Virus record (IMG/VR): IMGVR_UViG_3300032272_000005
Location: 23,333-87,332 of that record
Reading direction: 5' to 3' (one strand)
Origin: a virus
Taxonomy: Duplodnaviria; Caudoviricetes
Length of the DNA stretch: 64,000 bases
In this document: piece after piece, positions 1 to 8,014 of the stretch
How the letters are laid out: each line of letters begins with the position of its first letter
Position numbering within the stretch: position 1 is the stretch's first letter
Translations under genes and position numbers: made by a program
The notes under the pieces: model-generated
What the model was told of the DNA's origin: nothing
The model's input: the letters and a program-made list of their open reading frames with translations, nothing else
Database searches by the model: none

Positions 1-7
1 TGGGCAC

Positions 8-31
8 AAAAAAACCCCACTTGCGCAGGGC
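8..31 (-). terminator. Probable intrinsic terminator
   Basis: Minus strand CCC-TGCGCAAGT-GGGG followed by T7, downstream of ORF 65-409. Confidence 0.45.
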
Positions 32-64
32 CTTTCTGGGAGGGTCTTTAGTGTGATCTTGAGA

Positions 65-409
65 TCACTTGGGTTCGGGGATCGTATCCTCAAATCTTTC
101 ATGCTGGGCACCATCAAGTTTTATGCCAGCGGCGTTATCACAATCAAGCATCTTCAACCGAAGTGGGATATTATTCCCGTGTCCCAGTTGGTTTACAAGC
201 CACCCTACACAGTGCGTTTCATCTTCTGGGCCATGTTCATGGCAGGACATGGCGTTAACGGCTCTTAGGGGATGTTCAGGGTCGGTTATGGTACTTTTAA
301 GAGCCTTGTGTTTGTCCACGTCATACCCATTTGGGATGGCATAGGGATCAGTTGATACTTTCCAAGGGCACTTGTCGCATTGTTTCAGGCGTTTTAGTTT
401 CCAGCCCAT
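65..409 (-). CDS. Cys/His-rich hypothetical phage protein (CxxCPW...CH...C; DUF6283-like)
   Basis: ORF track 65-442; start moved to ATG at 409, which overlaps the upstream TGA; family name from memory only. Confidence 0.6.
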   Translation of the reverse strand: MGWKLKRLKQCDKCPWKVSTDPYAIPNGYDVDKHKALKSTITDPEHPLRAVNAMSCHEHGPEDETHCVGWLVNQLGHGNNIPLRLKMLDCDNAAGIKLDGAQHERFEDTIPEPK

Positions 410-594
410 CAAGCGTCCACCCCCTCTAACCAGATAACCCATTCTTCGTAGGTGCCCATAAAGCCCATATCCGAAGCGACCTCATTACGGGCCATTTTTT
501 CATTACCAGCTTTGTAGTATTCTCTGGCGTTCATGGCGTGTGCGACGTTGCGATCTTCATCGTCCATATCGTCTGTGATTTTGCGGATGTTCAT
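409..594 (-). CDS. Hypothetical protein
   Basis: TTGGAGA RBS before ATG at 594, downstream of promoter cassette at 655-660. Confidence 0.65.
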   Translation of the reverse strand: MNIRKITDDMDDEDRNVAHAMNAREYYKAGNEKMARNEVASDMGFMGTYEEWVIWLEGVDA

Positions 595-669
595 TTTAAT
601 CTCCAAAGTTGTTTAGTGTGGTGTTGTACCCTACGTACACCCCTGTTAATAGTTTGTCAACCATTAAAT

Positions 670-751
670 AAAAAAATCCCCGCCCTGCGAGAACAGAAAA
701 CGGGGAGTTTGGTTTCGAGGCAATTAAGTCAGGCGAACCTGTCTACGAGAA
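670..751 (-). ncRNA. Candidate small non-coding RNA (about 80 nt)
   Basis: TTGACA(785-780)-17bp-TATACA(762-757) promoter, CAGG-UUCG-CCUG hairpin, CCCCG/CGGGG hairpin + U7 terminator, no ATG in transcript. Confidence 0.55.
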
Positions 752-792
752 TTAAATGTATAAAGCATTAATCTGGATTTGTCAACTCCACG

Positions 793-818
793 AAAAAAGG
801 CGACCCGTAAGAGCCGCC
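793..818 (-). terminator. Intrinsic terminator of capsid operon
   Basis: GGCGGC-loop-GTCGCC followed by T6, 30 bp after MCP stop. Confidence 0.8.
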
Positions 819-848
819 CTTCTTAGTCAGACCGATGAAAGTCTGGGA

Positions 849-1823
849 TTAGGTATCAATACCAGCAATGTTGTTTGTAACCACTGAAGCATCTGGTTCT
901 TCGGTCACGACTGCAACACGGGCTGAAAGCACCATCTTGTAGACGCGCGCTGAAATATCTTTTTCATATTCCAGCGAGATTTGACGTTGGATACCCATGA
1001 TGAAATTCAAAGGATTTGACAGAATGCTGTGATCGTTTGGCATCAAGTGTACAGGCTGCAAGGGGACACCGAAACCGAACACTGGGTTGAAGCCAGTAAT
1101 CGTGTTGTCACCAAGACCAGTTGCACGACTTGCCAATGTGTCACGATATTCGATCTCGTTATCAACCGACATAAAGTTACGCATTGAAGCGCGGTCACGA
1201 TGGTACTGAGGCGGCAAGGACTGCATACTGTTTTTGAACATGGCCCGTGCTACCGTCCCACCAAGGTGGTTCACTACGTTCCCGTTAGATGTCAGATCAG
1301 CAATGAAGCCGTTTTCCAATGCAAGGAAATCATCTGTTGAAGTGGTATCACCTTGGATCGCCAATTCTTCCAGATCGCGTGAGGCCGCTTCGACCATGAG
1401 CGTTTGGATCGTATCAACCAGACCACCAGAAGCGGGCGTACCAGACGCACCAGAGCCATCTGAGTTCTGACCAATGTTACCGCGTTCCACGTTGTCTTCA
1501 ATAACATCGTAAGGAAGACGAACTTCGGCAACAACTTCATCAGTGTTCAATTGAACTTGACTGGTTGTTGGCTTGGAACGATCACCAGACGACAGAGCCG
1601 TTGCTGATGTACCAGCCCGCAAGATACGTGTACCGAATTGGATTTTGTTAATGTTACGCTGTGAAGCTGCCATTTCAACAATACGGATAACACCCAACAT
1701 AGTCGGCTGTAGGATCAGTTTGCGGATGAATGCGTTACCTTGTTCAGCGGTTAAAGCACCACCGTTCGAAGTAAGGTCACTCAAAGCAATATCTGCTTTT
1801 TGAAGTAATTCTCGGTTATTCAT
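849..1823 (-). CDS. Major capsid protein (HK97 fold)
   Basis: 324 aa; N-terminal GGxLxxEQxxxFI, capsid-like body; GAAAGGA RBS; follows scaffold and protease, followed by terminator. Confidence 0.9.
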   Translation of the reverse strand: MNNRELLQKADIALSDLTSNGGALTAEQGNAFIRKLILQPTMLGVIRIVEMAASQRNINKIQFGTRILRAGTSATALSSGDRSKPTTSQVQLNTDEVVAEVRLPYDVIEDNVERGNIGQNSDGSGASGTPASGGLVDTIQTLMVEAASRDLEELAIQGDTTSTDDFLALENGFIADLTSNGNVVNHLGGTVARAMFKNSMQSLPPQYHRDRASMRNFMSVDNEIEYRDTLASRATGLGDNTITGFNPVFGFGVPLQPVHLMPNDHSILSNPLNFIMGIQRQISLEYEKDISARVYKMVLSARVAVVTEEPDASVVTNNIAGIDT

Positions 1824-1868
1824 GGCTAGGGTTCCTTTCTATAAAACTAAGCCTTTTAAGATCGGGCC

Positions 1869-3194
1869 TTAGCCCCGTTTGGCACTTGAGTAAGCGGTAT
1901 CCATCAAAGGAATATCTCCGCTCGGTTCTTCCTTCTGGATGGACACAACATTGTTTGCCACGTCTTCATCAGGAATTCCTGCGACACTACCACCAACGTC
2001 TTTGGTGAGTGCCTCGACTTTAGCGTCCGACTTGTCCAGTCGATCACTTACTTTTGACACCGCCTCGGCAATACCAGTAATCTGCCCACTGAGCGTTTTA
2101 GTCAGTGCTTCCATTGCCTCTGCAAATGTGTCTTCTTTCGAAGTCTTAGGTGCAGCGTCGAGAGGAAGTTCCTCTAAGTTGGCAGGTGCGGGTGCCGCTT
2201 CCACTTCAGGGGCGGGAGAAGGTGCCCCTTCTTCAGTTACGGGTTCGGCTGCGGCTTCCGCGCTGGCGGAAGTGTCTGTAGCAACCTCACTTGCCTCGGA
2301 CGCATCCTCAGACCCTTGGGAAGTCTCGTCTGGGGCACCTGCTGCCACGGGTGCTTCAGCCGCGTCTGCGTCTTTATTAGGCGGTGTTTCATCAGCCACG
2401 GTTGCTGGAGTTGCCTCGGCAGCGGGTGTGGCTTCTGGCGTTGGCGTTTCTGCCACGTCTGCTGGTTTGAACAGCGCGTCGTATACGTCAGTGTTAAAAG
2501 CGTCTTCGGATGGTGAGCGGATGCCCAGTTCATTCGGAGATAATGCGACAAGTGCCTTCTCGAATTTGAAAGCCGCGACGGGTAGAGACGTGATCATATC
2601 GTCTACATATGCGCCGAAGTCAGCTACCGCTTTAGCAACACCAGTTTTGAATGCGGCTGCATCTTCTGTGGCGTCTGAGAAAGCGACGTTGCGAATGGTT
2701 GTATGCAGGGCATCAAGACCGAGCATAATTCCAGGCACAAAGCCTTCCTGTTTCAGTGCATCGTCAAAATTCTCACTGTCCAATTCAAACAGAGCAAAAC
2801 GCTTCTGCAAATCTTCCATGCCAGTTACACCATATGCGACACCAAGATCATAGCCCATATGGACAACAGTTTCTTTTACGTCAGCGGGTGCGTCTGCGCT
2901 GCGGATTACGTGGACTGACCCATCGGACTTTACATCCGTTAGATCGCCTTCAATCAGCATGGCCCCTAGCACTTCGGCTGCGGCGGCTGATTTGGCAAAT
3001 ACAGAAACGACAGTAGCCGCTTGTTTACCGAACATATTCTTTAAAGACATTTGCATGGTGTTCTCTCCTTTAGAAGCACTTTCGTTTCGTTTCACAAATT
3101 TGAAGGGTGTCATGTTGGCGGGACGATCTACCAAAGAAATGTGGCTCACCTCTACATCGTGAAGTTTTGCTGTTTTCTTTTTGTTACGATCCAT
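1869..3194 (-). CDS. Capsid scaffold protein with XkdF-type protease N-terminal segment
   Basis: N-terminal VSHISLVDRPAN motif, long acidic Ala/Pro/Glu linker, coiled-coil C-terminus, directly upstream of MCP. Confidence 0.75.
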   Translation of the reverse strand: MDRNKKKTAKLHDVEVSHISLVDRPANMTPFKFVKRNESASKGENTMQMSLKNMFGKQAATVVSVFAKSAAAAEVLGAMLIEGDLTDVKSDGSVHVIRSADAPADVKETVVHMGYDLGVAYGVTGMEDLQKRFALFELDSENFDDALKQEGFVPGIMLGLDALHTTIRNVAFSDATEDAAAFKTGVAKAVADFGAYVDDMITSLPVAAFKFEKALVALSPNELGIRSPSEDAFNTDVYDALFKPADVAETPTPEATPAAEATPATVADETPPNKDADAAEAPVAAGAPDETSQGSEDASEASEVATDTSASAEAAAEPVTEEGAPSPAPEVEAAPAPANLEELPLDAAPKTSKEDTFAEAMEALTKTLSGQITGIAEAVSKVSDRLDKSDAKVEALTKDVGGSVAGIPDEDVANNVVSIQKEEPSGDIPLMDTAYSSAKRG

Positions 3195-3271
3195 TTTTAA
3201 AGCCTTCCATGCCGTCGCATTTGTTTTATCGCGTTGACGAAAGCTTCATATCCTCGTCGGGTATTGTTGTT

Positions 3272-3300
3272 ATGTTAGTGCACTTGGGTGCACGGGTCAA
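3272..3300 (-). promoter_or_regulatory. Sigma70-type promoter of scaffold/MCP with palindromic spacer
   Basis: TTGACC-17bp-TAACAT; spacer contains GTGCAC-CCAA-GTGCAC (3278-3293). Confidence 0.6.
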
Positions 3301-3312
3301 GAAGGTTACTGA

Positions 3313-3795
3313 TTAAAGTTTATCATCACTCTCTACCAAGTACCCCATGCCCTCGAATGAGAAGCCCGTCAGATCGCCATCTTTAATCATTTTCCATATT
3401 TTTGGATTTTCTATTTTGACAACACCAACCCATGCACCATCGGCATAATCAGGATCACCTTTGCGTGCAATGAAGCTTTCGACCAGATAGCAACCGTAGT
3501 CAGTGTTGTTATCATGCTGGACGTCGATTTGGGTAGTGTTTGCGGCCTTCATAAAGCCGTGGGCCATTTTTTCAATGCCCTCTTTGTCCATGTAGTGCCC
3601 ATGCGCGTCTTCCACGTCGGGCAGATAAACCTCGGCATAAACCAGATGTTTTTCTACATCCATCTTGATAATATGCCCGTGTTGCTTGGCAGTCGCGTCT
3701 GGGGCGTCACTGGCGCGATGATCAGTACGTTTCTGCAAGTGTGCGTCAATCGTAGCCGTGATCGCCTCTGTGAGTTCCTTTGGTAATGTCAGCAT
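3313..3795 (-). CDS. XkdF-like prohead serine protease (peptidase S78_2)
   Basis: LVYAEVYLPDVEDAHG, IDVQHD, VESFI, GAW, IKDGDLTGFSFEG match XkdF-family pattern. Confidence 0.85.
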   Translation of the reverse strand: MLTLPKELTEAITATIDAHLQKRTDHRASDAPDATAKQHGHIIKMDVEKHLVYAEVYLPDVEDAHGHYMDKEGIEKMAHGFMKAANTTQIDVQHDNNTDYGCYLVESFIARKGDPDYADGAWVGVVKIENPKIWKMIKDGDLTGFSFEGMGYLVESDDKL

Positions 3796-3853
3796 GATGC
3801 CACTCCTTTGTTGTTTATCCTATAGCAGCGTAACACAAGTGCGGCAAGATACT

Positions 3854-4654
3854 TTAGACCGCAGGTATAATGCTGGCGCAATAAGCATCCATTTGTGCTA
3901 TGTCACCAGCAGACGGATTTTCCAGAACGATAAGAGCAAACAGATCATGGTTCCATGCAAAACCCAAGTCGTGTATATAGCGGCCTACCCATGGTGAAGC
4001 CCAGTCTGCATGTATCATGCTGACAGAAGATGCTGAAAATACCATAGGGGTAGTACCAGCGAAAGTGTCAAAAAACTCATTCTGGTTTGCTGGTGATACT
4101 TCAATAGTATTCTTGTAATACGTGGGCGTTCCCACATTTTCAGAAATGGATAATCCAGGCTCACCATCATCACCTGTGCCAAGAAAGGTACTACCACCAC
4201 TAGAGGGCAATATCATAAATGCGCCAGACCCATCCAAGGCTTCCTTGTTTCTGTAGGCAGACCATACATGCATATTGGCGGTAAGGCCAGTAAGGGGTGC
4301 ACGGGGCTGTAGTCGGTCACTGGCCCCATCAAAGGAAACCCACTGGTAATCTCCATCTGTATGGAAGGTAGGCCACCATGAGGCAGTGTGCATATAAAAA
4401 TCCTGACTGTTAGCGGCATCATCCCAACTACCGACAGCCTCACCATCAGCCGTAACAAGCGTTGCTCTTGAGTTACTTGTGTACATAGCTGATTGGTCAC
4501 GGGGCAATAATGCATAACCAGCTTTACCAGAGAACGCGGCAATCGGGAAATCCAAAGGGCCAGATGCAGTGGCAGGGGCACGGCGTCCACTCAGAGTAAG
4601 AGCAGGGCTTGCTAAGGCGATGGGTATTACACCCGCTGGTACTCGATAGGTCAT
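3854..4654 (-). CDS. Putative virion/accessory structural protein (beta-rich)
   Basis: 266 aa, aromatic/Gly-rich, VSFDGASDRL lectin-like motif, upstream of head genes. Confidence 0.45.
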   Translation of the reverse strand: MTYRVPAGVIPIALASPALTLSGRRAPATASGPLDFPIAAFSGKAGYALLPRDQSAMYTSNSRATLVTADGEAVGSWDDAANSQDFYMHTASWWPTFHTDGDYQWVSFDGASDRLQPRAPLTGLTANMHVWSAYRNKEALDGSGAFMILPSSGGSTFLGTGDDGEPGLSISENVGTPTYYKNTIEVSPANQNEFFDTFAGTTPMVFSASSVSMIHADWASPWVGRYIHDLGFAWNHDLFALIVLENPSAGDIAQMDAYCASIIPAV

Positions 4655-4662
4655 ATTAGTCC

Positions 4663-4974
4663 TTACGCCGTGATGAAGCCAATATTGCCGCCGCGTGAAA
4701 CATCAATGATGTAGCGCGAGTTAGCTGTGATCGGGATGATTGGATCGTTTGCCAGAACTACGGCAGGGTCGCCAGATGCAGGACGAACACGATAGGCCAC
4801 GGCTGTATCAGTTTCGATAACTGCAATATTTGCGTTGCCTGGAATTTCGAGATTTGTAGCCGTGCCTGATATTGTATGAGCGGTGTATCCTACAGGGGGT
4901 TCTGTGACCAAGGGGCTGTCGCCGTTATTACCGATTGCCAACCCTTGATGAAACCAAACTTGTGCTGTTGCCAT
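4663..4974 (-). CDS. Putative small virion protein
   Basis: GGAGG RBS before ATG at 4974; beta-rich; own TTGCCA-17-TACTCT promoter. Confidence 0.55.
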   Translation of the reverse strand: MATAQVWFHQGLAIGNNGDSPLVTEPPVGYTAHTISGTATNLEIPGNANIAVIETDTAVAYRVRPASGDPAVVLANDPIIPITANSRYIIDVSRGGNIGFITA

Positions 4975-5053
4975 AATAGCCTCCATGTTGCTGGGGGTAG
5001 AGTAGCGGCCCTATGGCTGTCTGGCAAGTAAGAATAATTCAGTGATCTTGAGA

Positions 5054-5278
5054 TCACCAGCTTGAAGGATCGTCTCCATCGTCAATCAAATCTATATCGG
5101 ATAGTGACAGAACAGCATTACCAGCTTCCGCATAGTCCACACGTTCCCTGTGGTTCACGCCCAGCCGCCGTTTCTTAGCCGAACCTTTACCAGTGTGCTT
5201 ACATGGGTCATTGGGTTCTGCATTACACAGGGGGCAATGGACAGTTCTTACTTCGTCTCTGGTTAGGTACTTATGCAT
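5054..5278 (-). CDS. Zn-finger protein (CPLCNAEPNDPC...H)
   Basis: ORF track 5054-5353, start refined; common phage zinc-ribbon pattern. Confidence 0.6.
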   Translation of the reverse strand: MHKYLTRDEVRTVHCPLCNAEPNDPCKHTGKGSAKKRRLGVNHRERVDYAEAGNAVLSLSDIDLIDDGDDPSSW

Positions 5279-5363
5279 CTTACCGTTTAAGCCCCCACCG
5301 TTTCCAGTGGAGGCTAAGGTTCTGCTTGGAGGGTGCAGAACAGGCGACACCACTCGCCATTTG

Positions 5364-5543
5364 TTAGCTGGTCAGTTCAACCAGACGCTTACCAGCATCA
5401 AAGGTTAGAACCGCGATCTTACGAGCCGCTTCCTTGTAGGTGTGGGGGTTGGTAGACGAAAGCCCATGTTGGGCCTCGGCAATGGCATATAACAAAGAAC
5501 CGATGTCCCCTGCTATAGCCCCACGTTTTTCTTCATCATCCAT
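5364..5543 (-). CDS. Hypothetical protein (59 aa)
   Basis: Read manually (MDDEEKRGAIAGDIG...), tiles between neighbours; below track cutoff. Confidence 0.5.
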   Translation of the reverse strand: MDDEEKRGAIAGDIGSLLYAIAEAQHGLSSTNPHTYKEAARKIAVLTFDAGKRLVELTS

Positions 5544-5546
5544 TAA

Positions 5547-5783
5547 TCAAACCCCCGTATCTTCGTCGCGCATGTCGGCAGCACATTCCATCATGACCTT
5601 CGCCATAGCGACCATATCGGCTTTCGAAAAGGACATGCATTGAAACATATCTTTTTGCCCACTGTCTGAGCGGGTGCGTGAAGTGAATTGAAAACAGCGG
5701 CCCATTTCTTTTCCGCCAGCAAATTGAGTAACGGACACTTGGCCCATGCGTTCAGTATTGAAAGGTTTCATATCGGTTGACAT
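5547..5783 (-). CDS. Hypothetical protein
   Basis: TTGGAGA RBS, promoter cassette at 5846-5851. Confidence 0.65.
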   Translation of the reverse strand: MSTDMKPFNTERMGQVSVTQFAGGKEMGRCFQFTSRTRSDSGQKDMFQCMSFSKADMVAMAKVMMECAADMRDEDTGV

Positions 5784-5870
5784 TGTTTTTCTCCAAAGGT
5801 TGTTTCGTTGTGGTGTGAACCTTGTATAAACCCCTGTAAATAGTTTGTCAACCACTAATTTCAGGGCGGC

Positions 5871-6053
5871 TTAAAAAAAGTAAATGGCGATTGCTACCAA
5901 GATAACTACGTCCCAGAAACCAAAAGCCTTTTTCTTCTTGGCCTCGGCCTTCTTCACCGCAATAAGCTTGTTGGGTTCCATCGCCTTGACATGATCGAAT
6001 TTGAGGTCTTCCAATTTGATCTTGGGTTCGTAGGGGCTGTTAATAGGTATCAT
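5871..6053 (-). CDS. Small protein with C-terminal TM helix
   Basis: TTGGAGA RBS; FWDVVILVAIAIYFF tail; promoter at 6106-6111. Confidence 0.6.
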   Translation of the reverse strand: MIPINSPYEPKIKLEDLKFDHVKAMEPNKLIAVKKAEAKKKKAFGFWDVVILVAIAIYFF

Positions 6054-6114
6054 GGTTATCTCCAATTATGTGATGTGATACTAACCTAATACCCTGTTTA
6101 TAGTTTGTCAACCT

Positions 6115-6270
6115 TTAGTCACTGATTGGGGAATGAAGCATGGACAGCATAAATAGGAAGCTGGCGTAGATCAATGCGTCAAGAAATAGATTGGGCCTGT
6201 GGTTCAAATATGCGCGGTAGCCAACCCCCGCAGATATTGCAGATGTTATTAGATACAGTGTTTGCAGCAT
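6115..6270 (-). CDS. Small membrane protein (51 aa)
   Basis: Read manually (MLQTLYLITSAISAG...), two hydrophobic segments. Confidence 0.45.
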   Translation of the reverse strand: MLQTLYLITSAISAGVGYRAYLNHRPNLFLDALIYASFLFMLSMLHSPISD

Positions 6271-6362
6271 TTACCTTACTCTCATCAATAAAGTGTCCGT
6301 CCCGATATGGCTGATACTAAACGCTTTTATTAGGCTTCTGTCAACTGTACGAAAGTATAAGA

Positions 6363-6395
6363 TACCCCCGCCACTGGTTTGTCAGGACGGGGGTA
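6363..6395 (-). terminator. Hairpin terminator after gene 6401-6784
   Basis: Perfect 8-bp inverted repeat TACCCCCG/CGGGGGTA right after the stop. Confidence 0.6.
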
Positions 6396-6400
6396 AGGGG

Positions 6401-6784
6401 TTATGCAGCTTCCAGTTGTAATTCGGGGAAGGCATATTCACCTGCCAACCAAGAGACGATGATCTCTTTCATTTCGTCAGGATCAGTAGCCCGTTGTTCA
6501 TCCGTGCCAAACTTCCGAACAGTGGAAGCGATTGAGCGGATGTTGGGTTCATTACCTTTTCTGCAAGATGCCTCAACAGATGCATATGGCTTGCGTCGTA
6601 GGAATGCGTGGGCCAAGTGTGCAGATCGTGCGGCTGGCCTTACAATATTGATCCTGTGGTCGTGTAGTGAATTTAGTGTGGACGTATCACCCGCCTTCTT
6701 TGCTTTGAATTCCTCTTTGCGGATATCGCGGCTTTCGTCGGCTAGATTTTTACGTTTGATTTTCAGTTCGACTGAGTAAGTCAT
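6401..6784 (-). CDS. Conserved-looking basic helical phage protein (ELKIKRKNLADESRDIR...LHDHR...LAHAFLR), function unknown
   Basis: AAAGGA RBS 7 nt upstream; RBS lies in an 8-bp inverted repeat. Confidence 0.75.
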   Translation of the reverse strand: MTYSVELKIKRKNLADESRDIRKEEFKAKKAGDTSTLNSLHDHRINIVRPAARSAHLAHAFLRRKPYASVEASCRKGNEPNIRSIASTVRKFGTDEQRATDPDEMKEIIVSWLAGEYAFPELQLEAA

Positions 6785-6836
6785 GTTATTTTCCTTTGAT
6801 AAATTTGAATAGTGATCTTGGGTTCATCAAAGGGAT

Positions 6837-6863
6837 TTAAGGCGGCTTCTAATTACGTTCCAT
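6837..6863 (-). promoter_or_regulatory. Leader mini-ORF with internal amber codon: ATG GAA CGT AAT TAG AAG CCG CCT TAA
   Basis: AAAGGG RBS 7 nt upstream, promoter TTGACA(6938-6933)-17-TAAGGT(6915-6910), anti-SD arm begins 3 nt after the TAA. Confidence 0.6.
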
Positions 6864-6912
6864 AACAGTGCCCTTTCGTTTAAGGTTATGCGTGTTTTGT
6901 TGTATGGCTACC

Positions 6913-7200
6913 TTATCCCCCGTGATTGGGTTTGTCAACCCGCCCAAAGATTTTTGTTTTGCCAGTATCTTCTGGGGGTATGACAGGTAATACTTTTGCA
7001 AGTGGGTCAGCATGTAACCCTTTCATAGCCAGTAAAGTCAGGCGTGCGGCTACACGGTTCTGGGGGTATCCTGCCCCTTCTTCCACAATGTCTACTAAAG
7101 CCGTAAACAATGCATCCCTACTGGTTATCAGATCGGCCCGTGTTGGGGCACTTGTATTCTCAGCTTCCGATAAGCGTTTAAGTTCTGTGTGATTAACCAT
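6913..7200 (-). CDS. Hypothetical protein
   Basis: AAAGGAG RBS immediately after tRNA. Confidence 0.65.
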   Translation of the reverse strand: MVNHTELKRLSEAENTSAPTRADLITSRDALFTALVDIVEEGAGYPQNRVAARLTLLAMKGLHADPLAKVLPVIPPEDTGKTKIFGRVDKPNHGG

Positions 7201-7227
7201 ACCAAGGTATCTCCTTTAGTCGTTTGT

Positions 7228-7302
7228 TGGAGGGGACAGCGGGACTTGAACCCGCGTCTTCGATTTTAGGGATCGCGCACTAACCAGTTATGCTATGCCC
7301 CC
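7228..7302 (-). tRNA. Atypical tRNA, anticodon CUA (amber suppressor-like), encoded CCA
   Basis: 7-bp acceptor stem, D arm with GG, T arm GCGGG-TTCAAGT-CCCGC, U73, CCA; anticodon arm CGAT-CCCTAAA-ATCG (4 bp, C33). Confidence 0.8.
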
Positions 7303-7715
7303 TTGGTTTTTAATTCTTCCATTGTTATAAATTCCATTGGACGGGAAATGTTCCGCAGCTTGTCAAAGTCGGTTTCTTCATTATCCATGAATTCTTGGGC
7401 AGCGGCCCTTCCTACTTTGGCCCACTTGAGCCGATTGTTCAGGATGGGTATCTGACGTCGCTTGCGGTGTATGTAATCATTCAAGGCGTCTTGTTTATTA
7501 TCCCGTGCGAATGCCTTGTTTACCCTACGGCTTACAAAACGACCTTTGCCATTGACCCTGCTATCATCCCAGTCGTCTAGGATCACCCCGCAGGGCGTGT
7601 GCTTAATCACGCGGTATTCCATAAAGGAAATGTGCATAGACGCGCCTGACCAGATTTCATATGCCCTGTACCAGTATTCTGGGATGTCAACATTTGGGTC
7701 AGTCAGATGCATCAT
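7293..7715 (-). CDS. Hypothetical protein
   Basis: 140 aa; ATGA overlap upstream; TAG stop lies inside the tRNA 5' end. Confidence 0.7.
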   Translation of the reverse strand: MMHLTDPNVDIPEYWYRAYEIWSGASMHISFMEYRVIKHTPCGVILDDWDDSRVNGKGRFVSRRVNKAFARDNKQDALNDYIHRKRRQIPILNNRLKWAKVGRAAAQEFMDNEETDFDKLRNISRPMEFITMEELKTKGA

Positions 7716-8014
7716 TCTTCCTCTTGGATGTGAGGCAGGTAATGCAGTTTCTCGCGCACCAGTTCTACCCTATCAGGTGCCATGGTGGTGCACAGGTTTC
7801 CCATCTTGTCACGGCACAGGGTATCTATCGTGATCGTGTCAAGACGTGCCCCCGACTTTGATGTAGCCCCGTCAAACTTTAAACGGATGAAGCCCCCGAA
7901 TGCCTTGGCATATAGTTCCCCATGGTTCCGCTTGTAAAGCTGGGCTTCCTTGTAAACACCTCCCACGGCAATGATAGCCGTTTCGCCTTCGATCTCTTGA
8001 AACATTCCACTCAT
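7712..8014 (-). CDS. Hypothetical protein
   Basis: Tiles with neighbours. Confidence 0.7.
   Translation of the reverse strand: MSGMFQEIEGETAIIAVGGVYKEAQLYKRNHGELYAKAFGGFIRLKFDGATSKSGARLDTITIDTLCRDKMGNLCTTMAPDRVELVREKLHYLPHIQEEE

Noticed and set aside
53-68. Palindrome as a host CRP, FNR, Rex or LexA site
   Set aside because: Half-site spacing does not match CRP (TGTGA-N6-TCACA), FNR (TTGAT-N4-ATCAA) or Rex. The GAAC-N4-GTTC Firmicute LexA resemblance is only partial, as most copies have GATC.
1939-2853. Long plus-strand ORFs (e.g. 1939-2853, 14420-14917, 61881-62549)
   Set aside because: Antisense shadows of well-supported minus-strand genes; low-complexity translations, no RBS or promoter.
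7228-7302. Reading the tRNA as Leu(UAA)
   Set aside because: That register breaks the anticodon stem; short variable arm and U73 do not fit tRNA-Leu.
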